The position numbers and the translations under genes are program-made. A model generated the notes under the pieces. It saw only the letters and a program-made list of their open reading frames with translations. It made no database searches and was not told the origin of the DNA. Source: Limisphaerales bacterium (lineage in GTDB: Bacteria > Verrucomicrobiota > Verrucomicrobiia > Limisphaerales > JAEYXS01). Taken from it: a stretch of 64,000 nucleotides of DNA. How positions within the stretch are numbered: position 1 is the first letter of the stretch; every line of letters starts with the position of its first letter. The DNA is taken from contig CBDIPT010000002.1 in NCBI GenBank assembly GCA_965283725.1, positions 537,354-601,353 of the forward strand, written 5' to 3'. Positions 1 through 9,275 of this stretch are shown here, piece by piece.

Positions 1-122
1 AGGACGTCCGTGTCCAGAAACTGAAATTGCAACAAGGCAGCGACCTGCTGGCCCACGGTGGATTTCCCCGTGCCCATGAAGCCGACTAACGACAAGTTGC
101 GGAGTTCACGTTCGTGACTCAT
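1..122 (-). CDS. aroK: shikimate kinase, N-terminal fragment (gene runs off the window start)
   Basis: Reverse translation from ATG at 122-120 gives [40 protein letters not shown]. The P-loop GxxGxGKST followed by DTD is the usual AroK N-terminus. Confidence 0.7.
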   Translation of the reverse strand, partial: MSHERELRNLSLVGFMGTGKSTVGQQVAALLQFQFLDTDV

Positions 123-244
123 TCACCGGATAGATAGGGTATAACGGTCCCCGAGGCACGCCCATTCTGCGAGTTTCGATATTAGATAAGCGCTTTGTCG
201 CAAATTCTATTTTCAAAGTGGCTAAAACAAGATAACCATGCAGC

Positions 245-2024
245 GTGCCTGAGCGTGTTCAGAAAGGTGAGCGTGCGTTCCGTGGCATCCCGGTTTCGGC
301 CGGGGTGGTTCGTGGAAAGGTCCTCGTCGTCGGCGCGTGTAAAGACACTATCCCGCAGCGCAGCATCACCCCGGAAGAATTCCCTGCGGAACTGCGCCGT
401 TTGGAACAGGCGCTGATCCAGACCCGCCAGCAAATCCTTGAAGTGCAACGCCAGGTGGCGGACAGCTTGGGCGCGGCGGATGCCAGTATCTTCGATGCCC
501 ACGTCCTCGTCCTCGAAGACCCCACTTTGCTCGATGAAACCACCCGTATGATGCGGGTGGAGTTGGTGAATATCGATTACGCCTATCACCTTGTCGCTGA
601 AAAGTATGCCGCCACGTTGGAGGCGATTGAGGATGACTACCTGCGGGAGCGGGCGGCGGACTTGCGCGACGTCAAATCCCGCGTCTTGAACAACCTTATC
701 GGTCGGGCGCCTGAGGATGTGCTGGCGCACCTGACGGAGCCTTGCCTCATCATCGCCCATGACCTGACGCCTTCCACGACGGCGCAGCTCAATAAGAAGT
801 TTGTGCTCGGGTTTGCCACCGAGATCGGGAGCAAGACCTCCCATACGGCCATCATGGCCCGGTCTTTGCAGATACCGGCCATCGTCGGGCTGAACGACAT
901 CACCTCGCATCTCGTCAGCGGCGAGTATGTGCTGCTGGATGGCTATAACGGTATCGTGGTGCTGAACCCCACGGAGCAGACGCTGTTTGAGTATGGCCAG
1001 CTCGTCCGCCGGCAGATGTCGTTGCAGGAAGAGTTAAGCGAGCTGCGGGACAAGCCTGCCGTCACTTTGGATGGCCGCAAGGTCATCCTGTCCGCGAATC
1101 TGGAAACTCCGGAAGACGTGGAGAATGTGAAACGCAGCGGGGCGGAAGGCGTGGGCCTTTACCGCACCGAATACCTCTTCATCAACCGTGACGTTCTGCC
1201 TTCAGAAGAAGATCAATTTGCGGCCTATCACAAAGTCGCTTTGGCCTTGAAAGGGCAGCCGGTCGTTATCCGCACCTTGGACTTGGGTGGTGATAAGTTT
1301 CTTTCCAGCCTCCAGATTCCGCAGGAGATGAACCCCTTTCTCGGCTGGCGGGCCATCCGGTTTTGCCTGCAGGAGACGGCCGTGTTCCGGTCGCAGCTCC
1401 GGGCCATCTTGCGCGCCAGCGCCGTCGGGAACGTGAAAATCATGTATCCCATGATTTCCGGGGTGGAAGAGTTGAATCAGGCCAATGCCTTGCTGGAAGA
1501 GTGCAAGCTGGAGCTCAAGGCCGAAGGCAAGGCGTTTGACGCCAACTTGGAGATCGGGGCGATGATCGAGATTCCCTCGGCAGCCTTGGCGGCGGATGCC
1601 TTGGCCAAGCGCGTCCAGTTCTTCAGCCTCGGCACGAATGACTTGGTGCAGTACCTCGCTCGCGGTGGACCGCATGAACGAGAAGATCGCGCATCTTTAC
1701 GAACCCTCGCATCCGGCCATCTTGCGTTTGATCCAGATGACCGTGGAAGCGGCGCATCGCAAGGGTCTTTGGGTCGGGGTCTGCGGGGAGATGGCCGGTG
1801 ATCCCGCCATGGTGCCGTTGCTGCTGGGGCTGGGCGTCGATGAACTGAGCTGTGCCCCGCCGTTGGTGCCGCAGATCAAGAAGCTCGTCCGCCAGATCAA
1901 GCAGACCGAGGCGGAAGCCTTGGTGAAACAAGCTTTCGAGTGTGATTCCGGCACGGAAATCCATGCTCTCTCGCAGCAACTTGCACGAAAAGTTGCGCCC
2001 ACGCTTTTTAACGATACAAAATAA
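245..2024 (+). pseudogene. ptsI: phosphoenolpyruvate-protein phosphotransferase (PTS enzyme I), frame broken by one extra base near 1654-1655
   Basis: ORFs 245-1801 and 1596-2024 together give a full-length enzyme I: RGIPVSAGVV..., FFSLGTNDLVQY, then in the next frame SLAVDRMNEKIAHLYEPSHPAILRLI...GVCGEMAGDP. Removing one C of the CC at 1654-1655 restores NDLVQYSLAVDR. GTG start at 245. Confidence 0.85.
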
Positions 2025-2029
2025 CCCTG

Positions 2030-2773
2030 ATGAAAGTGCTGATCCTAGCGGCTGGCTATGCCACCCGCCTTTACCCTTTGACGTTGACCCAGCCCAAGCC
2101 GCTGTTGCCAGTGGCCGGCAAGCCCATGATCGATTTCGTCATGGACAATCTCGCGGCCATTCCGGAGATCGACCATGTGTACGTCGTGACGAACGCAAAG
2201 TTCGCCGGGCATTTCCAGAAATGGGCTGACGCCTATGACTCCAAGGCGAAACTCCAGTTCACCATCATCAATGACGGCTCCACGGATGACTCCAACAAAC
2301 TGGGTGCCATCGGTGACCTGCACCTGGTGCTGACCAAGGAGAAGATCAACGATGACCTTATTGTGGTCGCTGGTGACAATCTCTTCAGCGAGAAGCTCGG
2401 CGAGTTCGGCAAATACTGCCTCGCCAAGAAAGCGCCCGTGCTTGGTCTCTACGATGTCGGCAGTCTGGAGCAGGCCAAAAAGTACGGGGTGGTGAGCATC
2501 GATAGCGAAGGCAAGCTGTCCAAGTTCGTCGAGAAGCCCGCGCAGCCCGAGAGCACCTTGATCGGCATCGCGCTCTATTACTACCCGAAGGCTACTTTGC
2601 CCTTGGTGGACCAATACATCAAAGAAGGCAACAATCCGGATCAACCGGGGCGCCTCGTGCAATGGCTCTACCCGCGTCAATCCGTCTATACGTGGACCGT
2701 GCCGGGCATCTGGTATGACATCGGTTCCAAGGAAACGTTGGAAGAAGCGAACCGGATTTTCGGCAGGCGCTGA
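2030..2773 (+). CDS. sugar-phosphate nucleotidyltransferase (NDP-sugar pyrophosphorylase family)
   Basis: N-terminus MKVLILAAGYATRLYPLTLTQPKPLLPVAGKPMIDF matches the G-x-G-T-R-L/KP-L nucleotidyltransferase signature. 247-aa ORF. Confidence 0.8.
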   Translation: MKVLILAAGYATRLYPLTLTQPKPLLPVAGKPMIDFVMDNLAAIPEIDHVYVVTNAKFAGHFQKWADAYDSKAKLQFTIINDGSTDDSNKLGAIGDLHLVLTKEKINDDLIVVAGDNLFSEKLGEFGKYCLAKKAPVLGLYDVGSLEQAKKYGVVSIDSEGKLSKFVEKPAQPESTLIGIALYYYPKATLPLVDQYIKEGNNPDQPGRLVQWLYPRQSVYTWTVPGIWYDIGSKETLEEANRIFGRR

Positions 2774-2787
2774 GTCCCATTTACAAA

Positions 2788-2828
2788 GCAAAAAGGCCGA
2801 AGAATGATTCCTTCGGCCTTTTTATTTT
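2788..2828. terminator. bidirectional intrinsic terminator hairpin between convergent genes
   Basis: Stem ggccgaag (2795-2802) pairs with cttcggcc (2811-2818). An A-run lies upstream and ttttatttt downstream. Confidence 0.75.
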
Positions 2829-2838
2829 AGCTGAAGCA

Positions 2839-3798
2839 CTACTTGATTCCCTGGGCCTTCACCTCGATCGCATAGAGCGATTTGCGCGCCGTGATGAAGA
2901 GCGTTTTCAAATCTTTGCCGCCGAAGCCCACGTTGGCCGGGCCTTCCGGCACGAGGATCTTGCCAATGAGTTCCCCGCTGGGTGCGAAGATGTGCACACC
3001 ATCACCCGCGCTGGACCACACGCGACCGGCCTTGTCGCAGCGGATACCATCGGGGCCACCCTTGTCGATTTTGCCGAACACTTTGCCATTCGAGAGCGTG
3101 CCGTCGGCATTCACATCAAATACGCGAATGTGCTTCGGCGCGCCGGAATCGGCGATGTAGAGTTTCTTTTCATCGGGCGAGAAGCATAGGCCGTTGGGCT
3201 TGTCGAAATCTTTCACCAAGGCGGTGATGGTTTTCGTTTTGGGGTCGAAGCGGAACACATAATCGTCAGCCTGCTCCTTGCCTTCTTTTTCCTTCGTGCC
3301 CGGCTTGTTTTTCAGCCCGTAATCCGGATCGGTGAAGTAAATCGTGCCGTCGGATTTCACCACCGGATCATTCGGTGAATTCAATTTCTTGCCTTCAAAC
3401 GAATCGATCAGCGTTTTGATGGTGCCGTCTTTTTCCGTCACGGACACGCGGCGTCCGCTATGCTCGGCGCTAACAAGGCGGCCTTGCAAGTCGATGGTGT
3501 TGCCGTTCGCATTCTGACTGTTCTCACGGAAGATGGTGACGCCGTCTTTCGCGGTCCATTTCTTCAGGTGATTCGCTGGAATGTCGCTGAAGATCAGATA
3601 GCCGCCGTTTTCATTGAACCACTGCGGGCCTTCCGTGAAGTTCATATCCGTTGCCAATTTCTTGAGGGGCGCGGACGTATCGACTGCGTCTTTGAAGGCC
3701 GCTTCGTTGCGGATATCGAAGATCGAGGCCGTTTCAGCGGCGGAGAGGGTTTGGGCCAAGGCCAACCCCAGCGAGGCGATAAGCAGAGTTCTCTTCAT
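2839..3798 (-). CDS. SMP-30/gluconolactonase/LRE-family beta-propeller protein, secreted
   Basis: Signal peptide MKRTLLIASLGLALAQTLSA. Family-typical strings FTEGPQWF, PNDPVVKSDGTIYFTDP and PNGLCFSPDEKKLYIADS. Confidence 0.8.
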   Translation of the reverse strand: MKRTLLIASLGLALAQTLSAAETASIFDIRNEAAFKDAVDTSAPLKKLATDMNFTEGPQWFNENGGYLIFSDIPANHLKKWTAKDGVTIFRENSQNANGNTIDLQGRLVSAEHSGRRVSVTEKDGTIKTLIDSFEGKKLNSPNDPVVKSDGTIYFTDPDYGLKNKPGTKEKEGKEQADDYVFRFDPKTKTITALVKDFDKPNGLCFSPDEKKLYIADSGAPKHIRVFDVNADGTLSNGKVFGKIDKGGPDGIRCDKAGRVWSSAGDGVHIFAPSGELIGKILVPEGPANVGFGGKDLKTLFITARKSLYAIEVKAQGIK

Positions 3799-3858
3799 AA
3801 AGATTTCGGGATGCGAAAGCTTTAACGGAATGGCTGGCCTGCGTCACGCCAAAGAAAA

Positions 3859-3886
3859 AGCCCGCTGAAGATTTTTCAGCGGGCTT
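3859..3886 (-). terminator. intrinsic terminator downstream of lysA
   Basis: Hairpin agcccgctgaa/ttcagcgggct. On the minus strand it is followed by tttttcttt. Confidence 0.7.
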
Positions 3887-3910
3887 GGCAGATCAGAGGC
3901 GTTCAACGGC

Positions 3911-5209
3911 TCACTTCAGCCATTTCGGCACGGATTCGTCGGCCAGAATATCTTTGATGGTCTGGCGCTTGCGCACCACGGCGCTTTCCTTGCCGTTCAC
4001 CAGCACTTCCGCCGTGAGCGGACGCGTGTTGTAGTTGGAGGCCATCACAAAGCCATACGCACCGGCAGAGAGCAGGGCGAGGTGATCGCCTTCGCCGACC
4101 TTCGGCAGCGGACGGTCCTTGGCGAAGTAATCACCGGATTCGCAGATCGGCCCGACGATGTCGGACGAGACCAGCGCGCCGCCTTTGGCGGTCAACGGAA
4201 CGATCTCGTGGTAGCTGTCGTAGAAGGCCGGGCGGATGAGGTCGTTCATCGCGGCGTCCACGATCACGAAGTTCTTCTTGCCCGTGCGCTTCACGTATTC
4301 CACGCGGGTGACCAGGATGCCGGCGTTGCCCACGAGGAAACGGCCCGGTTCCATCAAGATGCGCAAGCCCAGCGGCTCGAGCAAAGGCTTGAGCGTCGCG
4401 GCATAGCTCGCGGGCGTAAGAATCTTCTTCGCCTTCGGCTGCTGCCACCATTCTTCGGAGGCGCTGGCGAGCGCGGGATTGTAGATGATGCCCAGACCGC
4501 CACCGATGCTGAAGAACTCGAAGTTATACTTCGCGGCCATCTTGGCTACGAGCGGGACCATCTTCTCCACGGCGAGCTTGAACGGCTTCACTTCGGTGAG
4601 CTGCGAGCCGATATGGATCTGGATGCCGCGCAGCCAAAGGTTCTTGAGCTTGCTCGCGCGGGCATAGACGCCTTCGATCTCTTCGATGGCGATACCGAAT
4701 TTGTTCTCGTAGGTGCCCGTGGTGATCTTTGCATGCGTGCCGGCGTCCACGTTCGGGTTCACGCGCACCGCGACGGGGGCGGTCTTCTTGAGACGGCCCG
4801 CCACTTTGTTGATGCGCACGAGTTCCGCTTCGCTCTCGACGTTGAAGGAGTAGATGCCTTTCTTTAGGGCAAATTCGATCTCCGCTTCCGTTTTGCCAAC
4901 CCCGGCGAACACACACTTGCCCGGATCGCCGCCGGCTGAGATGACGCGTTGCAACTCACCTGCGCTGACGATATCGAACCCGCTGCCTTCATTCGCAAGG
5001 GTGCGGATGATGGCGATATTGGAGTTCGATTTGACGGCAAAACAGACCAAGTGGTCGAGCGGGTCCATCGCGGCATCGAGCTTGTTGAAATGCTCGGCGA
5101 TGGTGTTTTGCGAATAGACGTAAAGCGGTGTACCGTGTTCGGCGGCGAGTTTCTCAACCGCCACACCTTCACAATACAGCTTCTTTCCTACGTAACGAAA
5201 GTCATGCAT
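3911..5209 (-). CDS. lysA: diaminopimelate decarboxylase
   Basis: 432-aa ORF. N-terminus ...LAAEHGTPLYVYS and fold-type III PLP decarboxylase strings (CFAVKSN, GGGLGI, CESGD). Confidence 0.9.
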   Translation of the reverse strand: MHDFRYVGKKLYCEGVAVEKLAAEHGTPLYVYSQNTIAEHFNKLDAAMDPLDHLVCFAVKSNSNIAIIRTLANEGSGFDIVSAGELQRVISAGGDPGKCVFAGVGKTEAEIEFALKKGIYSFNVESEAELVRINKVAGRLKKTAPVAVRVNPNVDAGTHAKITTGTYENKFGIAIEEIEGVYARASKLKNLWLRGIQIHIGSQLTEVKPFKLAVEKMVPLVAKMAAKYNFEFFSIGGGLGIIYNPALASASEEWWQQPKAKKILTPASYAATLKPLLEPLGLRILMEPGRFLVGNAGILVTRVEYVKRTGKKNFVIVDAAMNDLIRPAFYDSYHEIVPLTAKGGALVSSDIVGPICESGDYFAKDRPLPKVGEGDHLALLSAGAYGFVMASNYNTRPLTAEVLVNGKESAVVRKRQTIKDILADESVPKWLK

Positions 5210-5241
5210 GGGCGGTAGTTATGCCAGAGCGTAGCGGCTTG

Positions 5242-5277
5242 AAAATAAAAAACCCGCCGGAGTTTATCCGGCGGGTT
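5242..5277 (-). terminator. intrinsic terminator downstream of the Ala/Lys/Glu-rich gene
   Basis: Stem aacccgccgg (5251-5260) pairs with ccggcgggtt (5268-5277). A T-run follows on the minus strand (plus-strand aaaataaaa, 5242-5250). Confidence 0.75.
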
Positions 5278-5293
5278 GAAGTTTGTCGGGCGA

Positions 5294-8158
5294 TTATTCG
5301 CTCAGAATCTTGGCGCGGCGCTCGTGGTATTCCTTCGGCGAGATCTTGTCCGCCTTGTAAAGGTCGAGCAGCTCTTTGAGCTTCGCTTCCTTGCCGGTAG
5401 CAGCCGGCTTGGTTTCGGAGGCCGTCTTCTTGTCCGCCTTCTTCTCCGGTTTCGGAGCTTCTGGCTTGGTGACGGTGGCAGCCGGAGCAGTGGTGGCCGG
5501 TTTCTTGACGGCAGCCGCTGCTTTCTTGGCCGCTTCTGCTTCCGCTTTAGCCTTGGCTTCAGCCGCTTTCTTCGCCGTTTCAGCATCGGCCTTGGCCTTC
5601 GCTTCCGCGTCCTTCTTGGCCTTGGCATCAGCTTTGGCTTTAGCTTCGTCTGCCTTGCGCTTCGCTTCGGCTTCTTTCTTGGCCTTTTCTTGGGCGAGCT
5701 TGGCGTCGGCTTTAGCCTTCTTGTCAGCTGCTTCCTTGGCCTTCGCGGCTTCCTGCTTGGCTTTGGCTTCTTTCTCAGCCGTCAATTTGGCGACCTTGGC
5801 CTGCTCTTCTTTTTTCTTCGCGGCTTCTGCGGCTGCTTTCTTGGCCGCTTCTTCGCGGGCTTTGGCATCCGCCTTGGCCTTCGCATCAGCCATTTCTTTG
5901 GCCTTGGCTTCGATCTTGGCTTTTTCTTCCGCCGCCTTCTTGGCGTCCGCCGAAGGGGCAGCCGGCTTCACCGGTTCAACCTTCTTAGGTTCGGCCACGG
6001 TGGCGACCACTGGCTTCTTCGGTTCTTCCACCTTCTTGACCGCCGGGGCAGGGGCCGCCGGTTTGGTCATCTTGGCCTGCTCGGCCTTCTTCGCTTCGGC
6101 TTGTGCCTTGGCGATCTTGGCTTGTTCAGCCTGACGTTTTTCGGCTTCTTCGGCCGCTTTCTTGGCCGCAGCTTCCTTGGCTTTGACCTCTTCCTTAGCC
6201 TTGGCCGCAGCGAGTTCTTTGGCCTTCGCATCCGCCTTGGCTTTCGCTTCCGCAGCTTCCTTCTGCGCCTTTAAGCGGGCCTTCTCATCCTTCAAGCGTT
6301 GTGCATCGGCCTTCTCTTTGGCTTCCGCGTCTGCTTTGGCTTTGGCCATCTGCGCTTTCTTGGCGGCGGCTTCGGCGTCCTTCTTTGCTTCGGCTTCCTT
6401 CTCGGCCTTGGCTTTCGCGAGCTTGGCCTGTTTCTCGGCTTCCGCTTTGGCTTTCTTGTCGGCCTCAGCCTTGGCTTCGGCTTCTTTCGCCGCCTTTTCC
6501 TTGGCCAGCTTGGCTTGTTTCTCCGCTTCAGCCTTGGCCTTCTTGTCCATGTCCGCTTTGGCAACGGGCTTGGTGGTCTTGGCCGCAGCGAGTTCTTTGG
6601 CCTTGGCATCCGCCTTGGCTTTTTCTTCCGCCGCTTTCTTGGCGCTCTGCGCCTTCATTTCGGCCTGGCGCTTCTCTTCAAGTTGTTTAGCTGCTTCCGC
6701 TTCAGCCTTGGCTTTGGCTTCCGGCGTGGCTGACTTCGGATCGATGACCGGAGCCTTGGCCATCTTGGCACGGGCTTCGGCGCGTTCTTTCTCGATCTGG
6801 GCCTGACGGGCTTTGGCTTCTTCGTCCGCCTTCTTGCGGGCTTCTTCACGTTCCTTGCCCTTCGCAGCGGCCATTTCATCCGCCTTCTTCTTGGCGGCGG
6901 CGCGTTCGGCATTGATACGTTCCGATTCCGTCATGAGTGCCGGGTCCTTGGTGGCCGGAGTAGGCGCAGCGACGGGCGGCTTGGCATCCGTCTTCGCCAT
7001 CTTGGCTTTCTTCTCGGCTTCCGCTTTCGCTTTCTTGTCAGCATCCGCTTTGGCCTTGGCTTCAGCTTGGGCTTTGGCTTCGGCTTCTTTCTTGGCGGTG
7101 GCGGCGGCCTTCAAACGGGCTTCTTCGGCTTTCTTGGTGTCCGCTGCGGCGGGCTTGGGCGTCGTCGTGGCGGTGGTCACCGGCTTCGAAGGTTTGCTGG
7201 CCGTAGTGGCAGGAGCAGCGACCGAAGCGCTGGTAGAATGCTGCGTCGTGGCACGCGGCACAACGGAGCGCGGCGTAGAGGTGGTCGGCGTGGTGCGCAC
7301 AGCGCGTTCACGCATCTGGGCGAGGGCGGACGCCTTAGCGTCGGCTTCAGCCTTCTGCAGTTCGGCTTCGCGCATCTTGGCGAGCAGCGACGCTTTGGCA
7401 TCGGCTTCAGACTTCAGCAAAGCCTGATTGCGATCCAGTGCGAGCACCGAAGATTTGGCTTCCGCTTCAAATTGTTGGACAGAAACACCACGATTTGCGG
7501 CCGCAGGCTTGGAAGCCGGAGCAGCAGCGGTGGTGGCCGTGGCAGGTTTGGAACCGGTGGCCGGCTTCGCCGCCGTCTTGGTCATGCCCGCCTTCTTCTG
7601 GGCTTCAGCGGCGGCTTTCTTGTCAGCGTCCGCTTTGGCCTTGGCTTGGGCTTCCGCCAATTTCTTGGCTTCGGCTTCCTTCTTCTTGGCGACTTCGGCA
7701 GCCTTCTTGTCAGCGTCGGCTTTGGCTTTCGCGGCAGCGTCGGCTTTCTTCTTGGCCTCGGCATCCGCTTTGGCTTTGGCGTCCGCGGCTTTCTTCGCTT
7801 CGGCTTCAGCCTTCTTCTTGGCTTCCGCTTCCTTCTTGGCGGCTTCTTCCTTGGCCTTGGCTTGGGCTTCTGCGGCCTTCTTGGCGGCGGCCTCAGCCTG
7901 CTTCTTCGCTTCGGCATCCGCTTTCGCTTTTGCTTCGGCTTCTTCTTTGGCTTTTTCAGCGGCCTTGGCTTTGATTTTTTCCGCTTCGCGGGCCTCGCGT
8001 TCCTGTTTGCGCTTGGCTTCGGCTTCCGCTTTCAGTTTGGCAGAAGCATCGGCCTGAGCATAAAGAACGGTCTCGGCGTAGACGGTGGTGTCCGGCGTGA
8101 CGGAGATCACTCCCCACGTAATCAGCAGGGCTAGCAGGAATAGCTTGGAAAGTCGCAT
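5294..8158 (-). CDS. Ala/Lys/Glu-rich low-complexity envelope protein (TolA-domain-II-like helical repeats) with N-terminal signal/anchor and C-terminal SHOCT-like motif
   Basis: 954-aa ORF. N-terminus MRLSKLFLLALLITWGVISV. Hundreds of residues of AKAEAEAKKKA-type sequence with Thr/Pro-rich patches. C-terminus KLKELLDLYKADKISPKEYHERRAKILSE. All other frames are open only because of the composition. Confidence 0.8.
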   Translation of the reverse strand: MRLSKLFLLALLITWGVISVTPDTTVYAETVLYAQADASAKLKAEAEAKRKQEREAREAEKIKAKAAEKAKEEAEAKAKADAEAKKQAEAAAKKAAEAQAKAKEEAAKKEAEAKKKAEAEAKKAADAKAKADAEAKKKADAAAKAKADADKKAAEVAKKKEAEAKKLAEAQAKAKADADKKAAAEAQKKAGMTKTAAKPATGSKPATATTAAAPASKPAAANRGVSVQQFEAEAKSSVLALDRNQALLKSEADAKASLLAKMREAELQKAEADAKASALAQMRERAVRTTPTTSTPRSVVPRATTQHSTSASVAAPATTASKPSKPVTTATTTPKPAAADTKKAEEARLKAAATAKKEAEAKAQAEAKAKADADKKAKAEAEKKAKMAKTDAKPPVAAPTPATKDPALMTESERINAERAAAKKKADEMAAAKGKEREEARKKADEEAKARQAQIEKERAEARAKMAKAPVIDPKSATPEAKAKAEAEAAKQLEEKRQAEMKAQSAKKAAEEKAKADAKAKELAAAKTTKPVAKADMDKKAKAEAEKQAKLAKEKAAKEAEAKAEADKKAKAEAEKQAKLAKAKAEKEAEAKKDAEAAAKKAQMAKAKADAEAKEKADAQRLKDEKARLKAQKEAAEAKAKADAKAKELAAAKAKEEVKAKEAAAKKAAEEAEKRQAEQAKIAKAQAEAKKAEQAKMTKPAAPAPAVKKVEEPKKPVVATVAEPKKVEPVKPAAPSADAKKAAEEKAKIEAKAKEMADAKAKADAKAREEAAKKAAAEAAKKKEEQAKVAKLTAEKEAKAKQEAAKAKEAADKKAKADAKLAQEKAKKEAEAKRKADEAKAKADAKAKKDAEAKAKADAETAKKAAEAKAKAEAEAAKKAAAAVKKPATTAPAATVTKPEAPKPEKKADKKTASETKPAATGKEAKLKELLDLYKADKISPKEYHERRAKILSE

Positions 8159-8195
8159 TCCGGCCTTTTAGCGGGGATACAGAGCCAAATCAATG

Positions 8196-9215
8196 CTATT
8201 CCGGCACTTTGGTAAGTTCCAGTTTAGCCAATTTTTGCCACCAAGGCGTTGGATAGAGCAAAATGGACCCCAAAATATCCTGCCAAACCTCATTCCGGGT
8301 CACTTTTACCCGGTGTTTTGGGTCCAAAACCGGCTCAATTTTCAGCCGGTTCAGCGTTCTTGCACCGATCAAGATTGGCCAGGCACAAGCCAGCCGCACC
8401 CGGGGACAAGCCCAAGGCAACGCTTGCGTATAAGCCCACCCGGCAGCCAGATGCGCATTAGCCAAGGCCAAGTAGCCGTCATACAATGGCCGGAACCTTG
8501 GCTCATTCTCAGGTTTGAGTAATTCAGCAATTTCCAGACCGTGCCGGGATAGCTGATCCGCTGGAATATAGCACCGTCCTTGCCGTAAATCGCGCGGTAA
8601 ATCGCGCAATATATTGATGAGCTGCAATCCTTTGCCAAATCGGATCCCTTGAGTCAGCAACCAAGCATCATTCAGCTGGGCCTTCGGAAAGACATGGCGG
8701 CGGCAGATCTTCGTCCAAAACTCCCCCACACACCCGGCGACCCGGTAGGTATAGTCATCCAGCTCAGCGTCATTCCGCAGGGCGATGAGCTTCTGCTCGC
8801 TTGCTTCCGCGAACCGTTCCAAGTCCAAGAGCTGCCCGCTTGTGATGACATTCAAGACCTCCCGGATGAGTTGCTTGTCCGTGGCCTCGGTCTGATCCAG
8901 CAGGGTTAAGGCCTCGGGGATGCGTTGTAACAATACTTGTTCCGCCGGGAGTCCTTGTTGCCGGGCCAGTTCGCCCAAAGCAGGCAGTTCGCTGCTTTCG
9001 CCCAAGATACGTGCCCGTAAGACGCGCAGGGCCGTCAACCGTTGTTCCAGCGAAACGATTTCCGTATCTGCAATCGTGTCCGTGGTGCGCGCCAGCAGAT
9101 AGGCGAGGCCGATCTGGGAACGCACCGCCGCCGGAAGCACGCGCAACGTCAGGTAAAACGAGCGCGAAACATCCTGCAGCAACCGGGTCAGCAATTCATC
9201 AGACCGATATTCCAT
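8196..9215 (-). CDS. squalene/phytoene synthase family protein (HpnC/HpnD-like)
   Basis: SRSFYLTLRVLPAAVRSQIGLAYLLARTTDTIADT and later DDYTYRVAGCVGEFW and NILRDLPRDLRQGRCY match the trans-isoprenyl diphosphate synthase head-to-head family. Confidence 0.8.
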   Translation of the reverse strand: MEYRSDELLTRLLQDVSRSFYLTLRVLPAAVRSQIGLAYLLARTTDTIADTEIVSLEQRLTALRVLRARILGESSELPALGELARQQGLPAEQVLLQRIPEALTLLDQTEATDKQLIREVLNVITSGQLLDLERFAEASEQKLIALRNDAELDDYTYRVAGCVGEFWTKICRRHVFPKAQLNDAWLLTQGIRFGKGLQLINILRDLPRDLRQGRCYIPADQLSRHGLEIAELLKPENEPRFRPLYDGYLALANAHLAAGWAYTQALPWACPRVRLACAWPILIGARTLNRLKIEPVLDPKHRVKVTRNEVWQDILGSILLYPTPWWQKLAKLELTKVPE

Positions 9216-9275
9216 GTTTCACCGCGAGTGAAACACGTCCCTAGGCGACCTGTCAGCAAAGGATTGTGCGGTTGT

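Noticed and set aside
1655-1662. Tandem ctcg-ctcg duplication as the cause of the ptsI frameshift
   Set aside because: Removing 4 nt gives QYLAVDR, one residue shorter than the conserved motif. Removing a single C at 1654-1655 gives QYSLAVDR with canonical spacing, so a one-base insertion is the simpler explanation.
5276-8134. Many long plus-strand and alternative-frame ORFs (for example 5276-6274, 5376-6134, 6162-6806, 6813-7427, 7067-8134, 7428-8057) overlapping the 954-aa gene
   Set aside because: They are composition shadows of the GC-rich Ala/Lys/Glu repeat, translating as poly-Leu/Gly/Phe/Arg or poly-Ala/Ser strings. Only the minus-strand frame has a signal peptide, a defined C-terminal motif and a downstream terminator.
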